This document shows positions 8,366 to 17,599 of a stretch of DNA of 64,000 nucleotides, in pieces. Each line of letters opens with the position of its first letter. Position 1 is the first letter of the stretch. Made by a program: the position numbers and the translations under genes. The DNA is from an uncultured Actinomycetota bacterium (GTDB lineage Bacteria > Actinomycetota > Acidimicrobiia > Spongiisociales > UBA4744), in the NCBI GenBank assembly GCA_963715305.1, contig CAVQSB010000007.1, forward strand, positions 37,576 to 101,575, written 5' to 3'. The notes beneath the pieces are model-generated. The model was not told the DNA's origin. It did not search any database and saw nothing but the letters and a program-made list of their open reading frames with translations.

Positions 8366-9817
8366 ATGGAGCACCTACCCTTCGAGGAACGTCGCCGGCA
8401 GATGGCAGCCGCTATCGGGAACGGCATCGCCGTGATTCCTGCAGCCGGTCTTCAGATCCGCAATGACGATGTCGATCATGCCTTCCGCCAGGACAGTGAG
8501 TTCTTTTTCTTGACCGGCTTCGACGAACCAGATGCCGTTGCGATCATCAACCCCAACCATGATGAGGAGCAATACGTCCTGTTCGTGAGACCCCGTGACC
8601 GGGAAATGGAGATCTGGAACGGTTACCGGGCGGGCGTTGAGGGAGCCAGGGACAATTTTGGTGCGGACGCCGCCTATCCGCTGTCTGACTTGTCTGCGAA
8701 GCTGCGCGAATACTTCCTCGGCCGTGATCGCCTTTTCTATGCGATGGGTAGTTCGAGCCACGACGGGACGATCACCGCGGCGCTGGCTCAGGCGCGCCGT
8801 TTCCGGGCCCGAGACGGGCGGATCGTGCCGGATTCGGTATCAGATCCCCACGTCATTCTTGGGGAGCTGCGAAGCCGCAAGTCAGAGACCGAGATCGAAC
8901 AACTCCGGACGGCGTGCGACATATCAGTCGAAGCGCATCTCGAAGCCATGCGATATGCCCGGCCGGGGCTCTACGAATACCAGGTGCAGGCAGCCCTCGA
9001 ATACATGTTTCGAGTCAAGGGATCGCCGCGCGTCGGGTACGGCTCGATCGTGGCCTCGGGACCGAACGCCTGCATCCTTCACTACATCGAGAACGCCAGG
9101 CGCATGGAATCGGGCGACCTTCTGCTCATCGACGCGGCCGCCGAATACGGCTACCACTCCTCCGACATAACCCGTACGTTCCCGGTCAACGGGACCTTCA
9201 CCGCCCCCCAACAAGCCGTCTACGAGGTCGTTCTGGCAGCCCACCAGGCGTCCATCCAGAAAGCGGCGCCGGGTGGAACCATCAGGGAACTCCACGAAAC
9301 GTCCAAGCGGGTGCTTACGGACGGGCTCGTTGACCTCGGTCTCCTGCCACGCGGCACTGAGGACTCTCTGGCGATGCACCACTATCGAGAGTTCTTCATG
9401 CACGGCACCAGCCATTGGCTCGGGATGGACGTTCATGATGCCGGGAACTACATGACACCCGACCGGACGGCTCGCCCTCTGGAGTCGTCGATGGTGTTCA
9501 CGGTTGAACCCGGCCTCTATCTCGACCCTGAACGAGAAACGGTTTCGTTTGCGCTTCTCGAATACGACCACGACGCGTGGATGGAACGCCGTTACCTGCT
9601 CGGCACCGAAGCCGCCAGGAAGCTCGAGGCCGAAGAGAAGGATAAGGCCGGCGCGATCGACCATGCGATTCCAGCCGAGTTCCGCGGCATCGGGATCCGC
9701 ATTGAGGATGACATTCTCATCACGGCTTCAGGACACGACAACCTGACGGCCGGGGTGCCGTGCACCGTTGCTGAGATTGAAACGATCTGCGCTGAGTCCT
9801 CTCGCTTGCCGATCTGA
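8366..9817 (+). CDS. pepP: Xaa-Pro aminopeptidase (M24B, aminopeptidase P)
   Basis: 483 aa. Has the AMP_N-type N-terminus (FRQDSEFFFLTGFDEPDAV) and the M24 metal ligands (DAAAEYGYHSSDITRT...HGTSHWLGMDVHD...EPGLY...IRIEDD). Confidence 0.9.
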   Translation: MEHLPFEERRRQMAAAIGNGIAVIPAAGLQIRNDDVDHAFRQDSEFFFLTGFDEPDAVAIINPNHDEEQYVLFVRPRDREMEIWNGYRAGVEGARDNFGADAAYPLSDLSAKLREYFLGRDRLFYAMGSSSHDGTITAALAQARRFRARDGRIVPDSVSDPHVILGELRSRKSETEIEQLRTACDISVEAHLEAMRYARPGLYEYQVQAALEYMFRVKGSPRVGYGSIVASGPNACILHYIENARRMESGDLLLIDAAAEYGYHSSDITRTFPVNGTFTAPQQAVYEVVLAAHQASIQKAAPGGTIRELHETSKRVLTDGLVDLGLLPRGTEDSLAMHHYREFFMHGTSHWLGMDVHDAGNYMTPDRTARPLESSMVFTVEPGLYLDPERETVSFALLEYDHDAWMERRYLLGTEAARKLEAEEKDKAGAIDHAIPAEFRGIGIRIEDDILITASGHDNLTAGVPCTVAEIETICAESSRLPI

Positions 9818-9891
9818 TCTTCATTGCCGATTCGTTAACGTTTTCGGAGGCCGGAGCGCTATTTCCGGGAACCTGGCAAGCTGTTGGGATT

Positions 9892-11935
9892 GTGAGACGA
9901 ACCGGGTATTTGCTGTCGCTGTTCATGATGGGTCTGGTCGTTCTGGCGGGTTGTTCGGAGACCGATGCTTCCCCGGACACGACGGGACCGGTCACGAGTG
10001 TCACAGATCCCGGCGCGACCTCCGACACAACCGTGCAGAGCTACGCAGGTACGACACCAGCTCCCGAGTTCCCGGCCGGGCTCGATTGGCTGAATACCGA
10101 CCGTCCCCTGGCCCTCGAGCAACTGCGCGGCAAGATCGTGATCCTCGATTTCTGGACGTACGGATGCATCAACTGCATCCACGTCATTCCCGACCTCAAA
10201 CGACTGGAAGCGGAGTTCGCCGACGAACTCGTCGTGATCGGTGTGCATTCGGCGAAATTCGACAACGAGGGCGATACCGACAACATCCGCCAGATCATTC
10301 TTCGCTACGGGCTCGAGCATCCGGTGATCAACGACTCCGACTTCGAGGTGTGGCGCCTTTGGGGAGCCCAGGCGTGGCCAACGCTGGCCATTGTTGACCC
10401 GGCCGGCAACGTCGTTGGTGCGCACAGCGGGGAGGGGGTCTACGACCTGTTCGAGCCCGTCCTCAACTCGCTGGTCGTCGAGTTCGAAGGGCAGATCGAT
10501 CGCAGTCCGCTCAATAGCAAGCTCGAAAGGGAAGGCCTCCCGGCAACGGCTCTGTCCTTTCCCGGCAAGGTGCTGGCCGACGCCGAGGGTGGCCGCTTGT
10601 TCATTGCCGACACCAACCACCACCGGGTCATCGTCGCCGAACTCGGGAGCGGCGAGGTCATCGAGATCATCGGCAGCGGGAGCCAGGGCAGCGCAGACGG
10701 CTTCTTGCGCACCGCAACGTTCAACCAACCCCAGGGCCTCGCCCTCAGCGAAGACGGGTCGACGTTGTACATCGCCGATACGGAAAACCACCTGATTCGC
10801 ATGGTCGATGTCCCCAGCGGGCAGGTGTCTACCCTCGCGGGAACCGGCTCGAAGGGTTCGTTTCCGCCCGCAGGCGGTCCAGCAGCATCGACCGGCTTGA
10901 ACTCACCGTGGGACGTCACCCTCGACGGCGACCGACTGTACGTGGCGATGGCGGGATATCACCAGATCTGGTTGATCGATCTCGAGGCAGGCACGGCAGA
11001 GCCGTATGCGGGCAACGCCCGGGAGAGCACTCGCAACGGGCCCCTCGTCGATGCTGAGCTGGCCCAGCCGAGCGGCGTTGCTCTGGATCGGCACTGGCCG
11101 CCTCTACTTCGCCGACTCAGAGAGCAGTTCGGTCCGTTGGGCCGACGTCGACGGAGAGGATCGGATGGTCGATGTGCTGGCGGGAAGCGACCAGGACCTC
11201 TTCACCTTTGGGGACGAAGACGGGATCGGCACGCGAGCGCGTCTGCAGCATCCTCTCGGGGTGGTCGTCGACGGGGGATACGTGTGGGTGGCCGACACCT
11301 ACAACTCCAAAATCAAGCGCATCGATCCCGCCACCGGCGAGGTCGCAACGCTGGCCGGTGGCCAGGGCTGGCGAGACGGAACCGACCCGCTGTTCTACGA
11401 ACCGGGCGGCATCGACGCAGCCGACGGCAAGCTCTATGTGGCCGACACCAACAACCATTCGGTCCGGATCGTCGATCAAATCACCGGCGAGACCACGACG
11501 ATGGTCTTGCGGGGGCTCGAACGCTACGTGATCGATGCGAGTGACGGCGCTTTCCCGGGGAGAACGATCACCCTCGATCCAGTGAACGTGGCGCCTGGTG
11601 CAGGCAGTGTGGTGCTGGAGGTTGCCCTACCGGCCGGATACAAGGTCAATCCGCTGGCTCCTTCTCGTTTCGAGTGGAGTGTCGACGGAGCCGTAGCCGA
11701 CCTCGACCCCGCAGCGACCGGATCCGTGGTGAATCCTTCGTTCCCCTTGCAGATCCTGGCGAACTTCAACGCCGGGTCCGGATCGATCACCGGCGATCTC
11801 TACATCGTCTATTGCGAGTCCGAGCAGGAGAGTATCTGTCTCATCGACCAGGCCCGGGTGGTTGTCCCGGTCACTGTTGGCACCGGTGGTTCAACCGTCC
11901 CGGTCTCCTACGCCATCGAGCTACCCGACCTCTGA
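9892..11935 (+). pseudogene. lipoprotein with a thioredoxin-like (CxxC) domain and NHL repeats; frame broken by an apparent 1-nt insertion near 11089
   Basis: ORF 9892..11544 is good up to ...AELAQPSGVALD. It continues in ORF 11006..11935 from (G)TGRLYFADSESSSVRWADVDG.... The N-terminus has a lipobox (LVVLAGC) and the TlpA-like ILDFWTYGCINCIHVIPDL. NHL repeats recur (LFIADTNNHRVI, LYIADTENHLIR, VWVADTYNSKIKRI, LYVADTNNHSVRIV). The span is 2044 nt (3n+1). Confidence 0.75.
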
Positions 11936-12160
11936 GGAAGTCCGGGTTGTCCCAGGTCCCTGCAACGGGCCCGAGGTGGCAGACGGCCGCTACCGATACG
12001 GCTTCAGAGGGGTGGGTTGATCCGATCCGAGACCCACTGGGCGGGCGAGACATCATCCTGAAGGGTGAGCACACCGATGCGGAGAGGGTGAAGATCCGGG
12101 CGCATGGAGAAGCGCCTACGCCCACCGGTGCAACCCCGCTTTCCCGGGCCACAGAAATGC

Positions 12161-13320
12161 CTACGACGTCGACCGGGCGGGCTTCATGGCGGCGGCCAGT
12201 CGTTCGAGGATCTCGTCCAAGACCCGCGGGTAGGTACCGAAGTTCAGCCTGGCATGGTCTTCGCCTCCATGGCCGAACTGAACTCCCGGGCTCAGCGCTA
12301 CCCGTGCTGTGGCGAGAAGGTATTCATGTGGTTCGACCGACCAGCCTTGCGGGCGGAAATCTAACCATGCCAGAAAGGTGGCCTCGGGCGACCGGTAGGA
12401 AACTCCACGGTCCTCCGTTGCCCAGGCAGCGAGCGTGGCACGGTTGACGGCCAAACGGGCGAGGAGTTCTTCCAGCCAGGGCAGTCCGAGCTCCCAGGCG
12501 GCCGTGGCCGCTCGCACGCCGGTGGCGGTTGGATGTCCGAGGAGAGCGAACGGGAGGCCATCGAAACGCCCGGCGAGCTCCTCGGTTCCGAAGCACGCTA
12601 AAGCACATCCGACCCCGGCCAGATTGAACGCCTTTGACGGTGAGGTGAGGGTGATCGTGCGCCCCGCAATCGCCGATCCCAGAGCCGCCAGCGGGATGTG
12701 GCGGTGCGGTTCGTAGACCAGGTCGGCATGGATCTCATCGCTCACGACCAGCAGATCGGCCGCGATCGCTACTTCGGCGACCGCAGCCAACTCCTCCGCC
12801 GAGAAAACCCGCCCCGTCGGATTGTGCGGGTTGCACAGAAGCAACAACCGGCCGCCCCGATCGACTGCCTCCTCGAGGGCCGCCTTGGTCAGCCGAAACC
12901 CGCCCCGGCGGTCGGTGAGGGGTGCGTCGACAATCACTCGGTCGCTCGACTCGATAGCCCAACCAAACGGGTGATAGACGGGATTGGAGATGATGACGCC
13001 TTCGCCGGGTTGAGTGAAGGCCAAGATGGCCGCCGCCACGCCCTGCATCACATCGAGAACCACACGACTGTTGGCCGTAGACGGCCCCCAACCTTGCCTC
13101 ACGCGATCCAAGCAACACCGGCCTCGATCATGCGGCGGTGGTCTCGCTTGTCTACGTAGCCCCAGTCCCCGTCGGCCAGGAACGACTGCAGCGTCGCGAC
13201 GATCAGCGGATCCGGTGGGAAGTCCATATCGGCAACCCAGGCCGGGATAACGTCGCCTTCGTAGAGGCGCCACTTCTTGCCCGTCCGGTTGCGAAGATCT
13301 CCCAGTATTGGCTCGATCAC
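12161..13320 (-). pseudogene. PLP-dependent aminotransferase class I/II (MalY/PatB-type C-S lyase); frame broken near 13100-13105
   Basis: The N-terminus is in ORF 13099..13320 (MIEPILGDLRNRTGKKWRLYEGDVIPAWVADMDFPPDPLIV...). The rest is in ORF 12161..13621 from ...RQGWGPSTANSRVVLDVMQGV...LLLCNPHNPTGRVFS...TSPSKAFNLAG. The span is 1160 nt (3n+2), so one base appears to be missing. Confidence 0.8.
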
Positions 13321-13425
13321 ATCGGGAGCGTAGCGGCCGTCGGATCGGCGGCATGCGCTCGGACAATTCGGCCGGAAGTGGCGTCTGCTCGAAGCTGCTC
13401 AACCGGGTGCGGGGAGGCCGGGTCC

Positions 13426-14052
13426 CTACCGGCGGGGTGGTCGAATCTCGACTTCGCCGCGCGCCACAGCTCGCAAAGTTTCGTAGAGGGCGGAATCGCG
13501 AACGGCATGAGCAGGCAAGGGCAGGGGGATGTCGAAACGAATCATGTCGTGTGCTTCTTCCCGGCGTTCGATCCCGGGTTCGGCGAGGGCTGCCAGAACC
13601 TTGCGATTGTCCGACAAGCACGTACGAGCGGAACCGCTCACACCGTTCTCGAGCGCCGATTCGGCAAGCAAAGCCAGGAGGATGCCGCCCAAACCCCGGC
13701 CCTGGTACTCATCGAGTACGGCGACGGCCGCCTCGGCAATGGTCGGATCGTCGGATGGCACACGTAGCGGGCCAGTCCGATCCCGGGCCGTTCCCGACCC
13801 GCTGGCCAATTCGGCCCCCCAGGCGAAATGGGTCCGGTAGTCGATCTCGGTCAAATAGGTGAGTTCCTCGTTGGAGAGGTGATCGACGGGACGGAGGAAC
13901 CGAAGGTAGCGCGATTCGGCCGACAGGGGGCCAGTCCCTCGAGCAATCCGAGGCCGGTCGGCCGGGATGATCGGCCGGACCCGCACCGGGGTTCCATCGG
14001 ACGAGCTCGACGATGGTGGTGCGGAGTCGGATGAAATCGTCTTGGCGTCCAT
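13426..14052 (-). CDS. GNAT family N-acetyltransferase
   Basis: Internal ATG at 14052 (MDAKTISSD...) in ORF 13426..14289. Motif A-like VLDEYQGRGLGGILLALLAESALENG. The start overlaps the stop of the upstream hemolysin III gene (TAATG). Confidence 0.7.
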   Translation of the reverse strand: MDAKTISSDSAPPSSSSSDGTPVRVRPIIPADRPRIARGTGPLSAESRYLRFLRPVDHLSNEELTYLTEIDYRTHFAWGAELASGSGTARDRTGPLRVPSDDPTIAEAAVAVLDEYQGRGLGGILLALLAESALENGVSGSARTCLSDNRKVLAALAEPGIERREEAHDMIRFDIPLPLPAHAVRDSALYETLRAVARGEVEIRPPRR

Positions 14053-14697
14053 TACAAGCGCTCGATGGGTACGACGTAGAGGATGATCATCAGAAAATGG
14101 AGGAGTGCGCCTGAGATCACCAGCACGTGGAATACCTCGTGGTAGGAGAAGATCCGCGGGAAGCAGCTGGGGACGTTTGGTGAGGAGGAGGATCATGCCG
14201 ATCGAGTAGCAGGCTCCGCCCGACGATGAGGAGGACCATCGCCTCGAGGGGAAGCCGATCGAACAGTTCTCGAACGGGAATGACGGCAAACCAGCCCATC
14301 ACCATGTACAGCGTGAACGAAAGCCAGTTCCGCACTTTCGGAAACAGCATCTTCTGCAGTATTCCAAATATGGCGATGCCCCAGACAACTCCGAGCGTGA
14401 TCCATTTCCAGGGGCTAGTCAGGACATTGAAAGCGATCGGGGTGTAGGTGCCCGCCACCAGCAGGAAGATCATCGAGTGGTCGAAACGCTGCATCCGCTT
14501 CTTCCAGCGTTCCTTCCACGGAACGGAGTGGTACAGGGAGCTGGTCGTGAACAGGGCGACCATGCTGCCTGCGAAGACGACCATGGTGAACATGCGGGGC
14601 AGGTCCGACGAAGTTCTGAACGACGAGCACGATGAGACCCGGCGAACGAACACACCGCGGCCGTCCCGTGCAGGAAACCGCGCACGGGATGGTGCAT
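14052..14697 (-). pseudogene. hemolysin III / PAQR family membrane protein, at least four frame shifts
   Basis: Family segments are spread over three frames. They read MHHPVRGFLHGTAAV | GLIVLVVQNFVGPAP | MFTMVVFAGSMVALFTTSSLYHSVPWKERWKKRMQRFDHSMIFLLVAGTYTPIAF...LLIVG | GACYSIGMILLLTKRPQLLP | IFSYHEVFHVLVISGALLHFLMIILYVVPIERL*. The shifts lie near 14640, 14595, 14220 and 14155. Confidence 0.7.
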
Positions 14698-14853
14698 CTT
14701 CCCGAGCGTGACCCGATCCACACATGAGCCTACCGCCGCAGCACCGGTGCGAATGCCGGCGAGGCCGTTGGCACTCCGCGGCGAGACCAGGACCTCGAAT
14801 CGGAAGCAGGCGCTGTGCGGGCGGTACGATGCCATCGACCACGTGGGGGATCG

Positions 14854-15637
14854 ATGAGCCCGAATAGAACGCTGCTGCGGCCCGTCTACCGCCTGTATGA
14901 GGATCGTCTTCTCCGGCAGATGAACCCACAGCGATTGCCGCGCCACATCGGCATCATTTTGGATGGTCATCGGCGGTACGCTCGGGCCGAGGGCCTGGCC
15001 GACTACGAGGCCAGCTATCAGGTCGGTATGCGGAAGTTCGAAGAGTTCTTGGGCTGGGCGCAGCAGATCGATATTCCCGCCATTACCGGCTGGTTGTTGA
15101 GTCGGGAGAATCTGGCCCGCCCCTCCGAGGAGCTTCAGCCGTACTTCGAAGTCCTGATCGGGCTCTTTGAGCGATTGCCCGAACTTGCCCAACGCTACGG
15201 ATTTGAGCTGCGTTTCATCGGGAGTCTTGACCTGCTTCCGCCGGATCTGGTCGTGCCGCGAAGCAGGCACAAGAACGGGCCGGCGAACGGTCGGCGCCGG
15301 TTGACGCTCGCCATCGGCTACGGGGGACGTCAGGAGATCGTCGATGCCGTCAAGGATCTTGTCTCGTCGCTGGCGGCCGCCGGGACACCGGCAGAGGAGA
15401 TCGCCGACCACATCGAAGCGGAGCGCATCGCCGATCACCTCTACACGGCGGACCTCCCCGACCCTGATCTGGTGATTCGCACGAGCGGCGAATCGCGATC
15501 TGTCGGGGTTTCTCCTCTGGCAATCCGCGTACTCGGAGTTCGCGTTCGTGGATGTGTACTGGCCGGCGTTTCGCCGGGTCGACTTCCTGCGAGCTTTACG
15601 GGATTTCACCCGTCGGAATCGGCGTTTCGGCAGGTAG
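14854..15637 (+). pseudogene. uppS: isoprenyl transferase (undecaprenyl/decaprenyl diphosphate synthase family), frame shift near 15497
   Basis: ORF 14815..15660 gives PRHIGIILDGHRRYA...LSRENLARP...AIGYGGRQEI...[12 protein letters not shown] and then nonsense. Shifting one base restores (L)[44 protein letters not shown] ending at 15637. The span is 784 nt (3n+1). Confidence 0.8.
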
Positions 15638-15679
15638 CAGACCGGTTGCTCAGGGGGTGACCCGCCTGTGCGCGCCCCG

Positions 15680-15891
15680 TCAGTGCTCATGGTCGTGTCC
15701 GTGCGTTGCGCCCGCACCGGGCGCATCAGGTCCTTTTCAACAGCCGGGTTCGCCGTGGTTACCGCAGCAGTCGGATCGATTTTGAGCTTGATGGCGTTGT
15801 TCTTGACCACCAGCGCCAGTTTCTCGAGAAACGGAAGATCGGAATTGCGCCAGTTGCTTATGACATGACGGGGATGCGGGCGATGGCTCAT
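15680..15891 (-). CDS. small hypothetical protein with a His-rich C-terminal tail (frame-disrupted as assembled)
   Basis: ATG at 15891: MSHRPHPRHVISNWRNSDLPFLEKLALVVKNNAIKLKIDPTAAVTTANPAVEKDLMRP. A 1-nt shift gives ...GAGATHGHDHEH* with the stop at 15680. Otherwise the frame runs on antisense through uppS. Family unknown. Confidence 0.3.
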
Positions 15892-15946
15892 TCGATCAAG
15901 CTAGTCGCCTGCTGCTCGCCGCCCGCGATCGGGTCGGTGATGTCCT

Positions 15947-17536
15947 TCAGGGACGGGCGTTGGCCCACTTCGACGTCAAGAAACTACTCCCGGTCGAACG
16001 TGAGACCCACCACGCACCGCTGGAGTGGTAATTGGCGATATCGTCCTTGCCGTCCCCGGTGAAATCCCCGGCGATCTGCGGGTTCCAGCCGGTCGTTGTG
16101 TTGAAGTCGGCCCACACTTTGATGGTGAAGCCCTTCCCGGTCGACTGTGCGACGCGCCAGGTCCCATCGGACCCGTAGTAGCCGGCCAGGTCGTCCTTGT
16201 CGTCCCCGTCGTAGTCCCCAAGACGCTGCGGGCCCCACCCCGCCGGGAACGTTCCCCACAGCGTGGTGGCGAAGGACGTGCCGGTCGATCGCGAGATCCA
16301 CAGCCGTCCGCCGGAGTGCACATTGGCGATGTCGTCTTTGCCGTCGCCGTTGAAGTCCCCAACAAGCTGCGGGCTCCAACCTGTTGTGGTGTAGAAGTCC
16401 GCCCAGAGGCTGGTGGCGAAGGCGCTGCCCGTGGAACGCGAGACCCACCAGGTGCCGTTGGAGTCGTGGAAGTTGGCGATGTCGTCTTTGCCGTCGCCGT
16501 TGAAATCACCGACTACCTGGGGTCCCCAGCCTTTGTTCGTGGAGAAATCCGCCCAAACGGCCGTGCTGAAGGCGGTTCCGGTCGAACGCGAGACCCACCA
16601 GGTGCCGTCGGAGTCGTGGAAGTTGGCGATGTCGTCTTTGCCGTCGCCGTTGAAGTCACCGACGGCCTGGGGTCCCCACCCGCCGGTCCTGGTCAAGCTG
16701 GCCCACCGGCGAGTCGTGAATCCGCTGCCATTGGAGACCGAGACCCACCAGGCGCCGCTGGCACTGTGGAAGTTGGCGATGTCGTCTTTGCCGTCGCCGT
16801 TGAAATCTCCGACCACCTGAGGGCCCCACCCGAGAGCCGTATAGAAGTCGGCCCATAGCGTCGTGCTGAAGCCGGTCCCGGTTGATTGGGTTACCCACCA
16901 GGTCCCGTCCGATGAATAGAAGGATGCAACATCTTCCTTGGCGTCGCCGTTGAAATCGCCTTGAACCTGAGCGGCCGGAAGTTCGCGAACGAGTTTGGCG
17001 CACCACGGGTACACGGAGTTGGTGGAGGTCTTGTCGGGGTGAAAGGCGTGCTCGGCGCGAACTGCCGTTGTGCGGGCGTCGAGGAAGAAGGCGGGCATAG
17101 CCTGAATCATCGAATTCACGTTGCCCGGTATGTCGGCGATGGCGGGCGTGGTGAAGGTAGTCGCCCCGGCCGGGTCGAGGCCGGATAAGAACCATTGCTC
17201 ATTCGGTTGATCGCTACCTTCGGCGAGGTGGTCGTAGCTGGCCAGCGTCACTTGATAGCGTCCGGGTTGCAGGACAACGGCGACCAGAGCTGATTGCGCG
17301 CTTGCGAGATCCCGGTCCGATCGAATCTGCTCATCGGGGAAGTCGATGATGACGCCTTTGGCAAGCGGGCACGGCGGCAAAGGGTCTGTGGCGGCCTGGG
17401 CGGGAAGCGCAACCATCATCAAGGCCATGGCGATGACGACAATCTGGACTGTTCGCGCTCGGTTCGATTGGATTCGCACGGTGGCCTCCCCTGCCTCTTC
17501 AGCTGATGTGACCACTGATTGTAGCATCCATACCAC
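15947..17536 (-). CDS. secreted FG-GAP/VCBS-like repeat protein (predicted 7-bladed beta-propeller)
   Basis: 529 aa. The signal-like N-terminus (VVIAMALMMVALPAQA) is followed by seven ~50-aa repeats of GWGPQVVGDFNGDGKDDIANFH..GTWWVSRSTG..F....WADF. Confidence 0.8.
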   Translation of the reverse strand: MVWMLQSVVTSAEEAGEATVRIQSNRARTVQIVVIAMALMMVALPAQAATDPLPPCPLAKGVIIDFPDEQIRSDRDLASAQSALVAVVLQPGRYQVTLASYDHLAEGSDQPNEQWFLSGLDPAGATTFTTPAIADIPGNVNSMIQAMPAFFLDARTTAVRAEHAFHPDKTSTNSVYPWCAKLVRELPAAQVQGDFNGDAKEDVASFYSSDGTWWVTQSTGTGFSTTLWADFYTALGWGPQVVGDFNGDGKDDIANFHSASGAWWVSVSNGSGFTTRRWASLTRTGGWGPQAVGDFNGDGKDDIANFHDSDGTWWVSRSTGTAFSTAVWADFSTNKGWGPQVVGDFNGDGKDDIANFHDSNGTWWVSRSTGSAFATSLWADFYTTTGWSPQLVGDFNGDGKDDIANVHSGGRLWISRSTGTSFATTLWGTFPAGWGPQRLGDYDGDDKDDLAGYYGSDGTWRVAQSTGKGFTIKVWADFNTTTGWNPQIAGDFTGDGKDDIANYHSSGAWWVSRSTGSSFLTSKWANARP

Positions 17537-17599
17537 TCGTGGTGCAATAGGGGTTGGAGGAGCGGGGGCGCCGTCGTCGGGCGGCTTCGTCGCTCTGCG

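Noticed and set aside
11930-12165. RNase P RNA-like strings in the gap after the NHL gene (GAGGAAGUCCGGG, AGGGUGAAG...GCGC, CACAGAAA), in the same order as conserved regions CR-I/II/V
   Set aside because: The segment is far too short: about 230 nt, with about 60 nt between the CR-II-like and CR-V-like strings against about 175 expected. There is no room for P1-P3 outside the upstream CDS. The CR-V-like string lacks the CCGGCUU that must pair with CR-I. A minus-strand frame here also looks coding (MRPDLHPLRIGVLTLQDDVSPAQWVSDRINPPL). A covariance-model scan would settle it.
15241-15305. A possible pair of compensating frame shifts inside uppS (the alternative frame reads RAAKQAQERAGE, which looks more helical than the in-frame VPRSRHKNGPANG)
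   Set aside because: The in-frame reading also retains family-like residues (KN..G..LTLAIGYGG). The evidence is too weak without an alignment.
14470-15891. Long antisense or shadow ORFs typical of high-GC DNA. These include 14470..15891(-), 9859..10791(-), 37636..38514(-), 43993..45036(-), 45111..46565(-), 57658..58785(-), 58870..60417(-), 60587..61645(-) and 44301..45002(+)
   Set aside because: Each lies opposite, or out of frame with, a gene that has clear family motifs. Their translations are Arg/Gly/Pro-rich with no recognisable domains.
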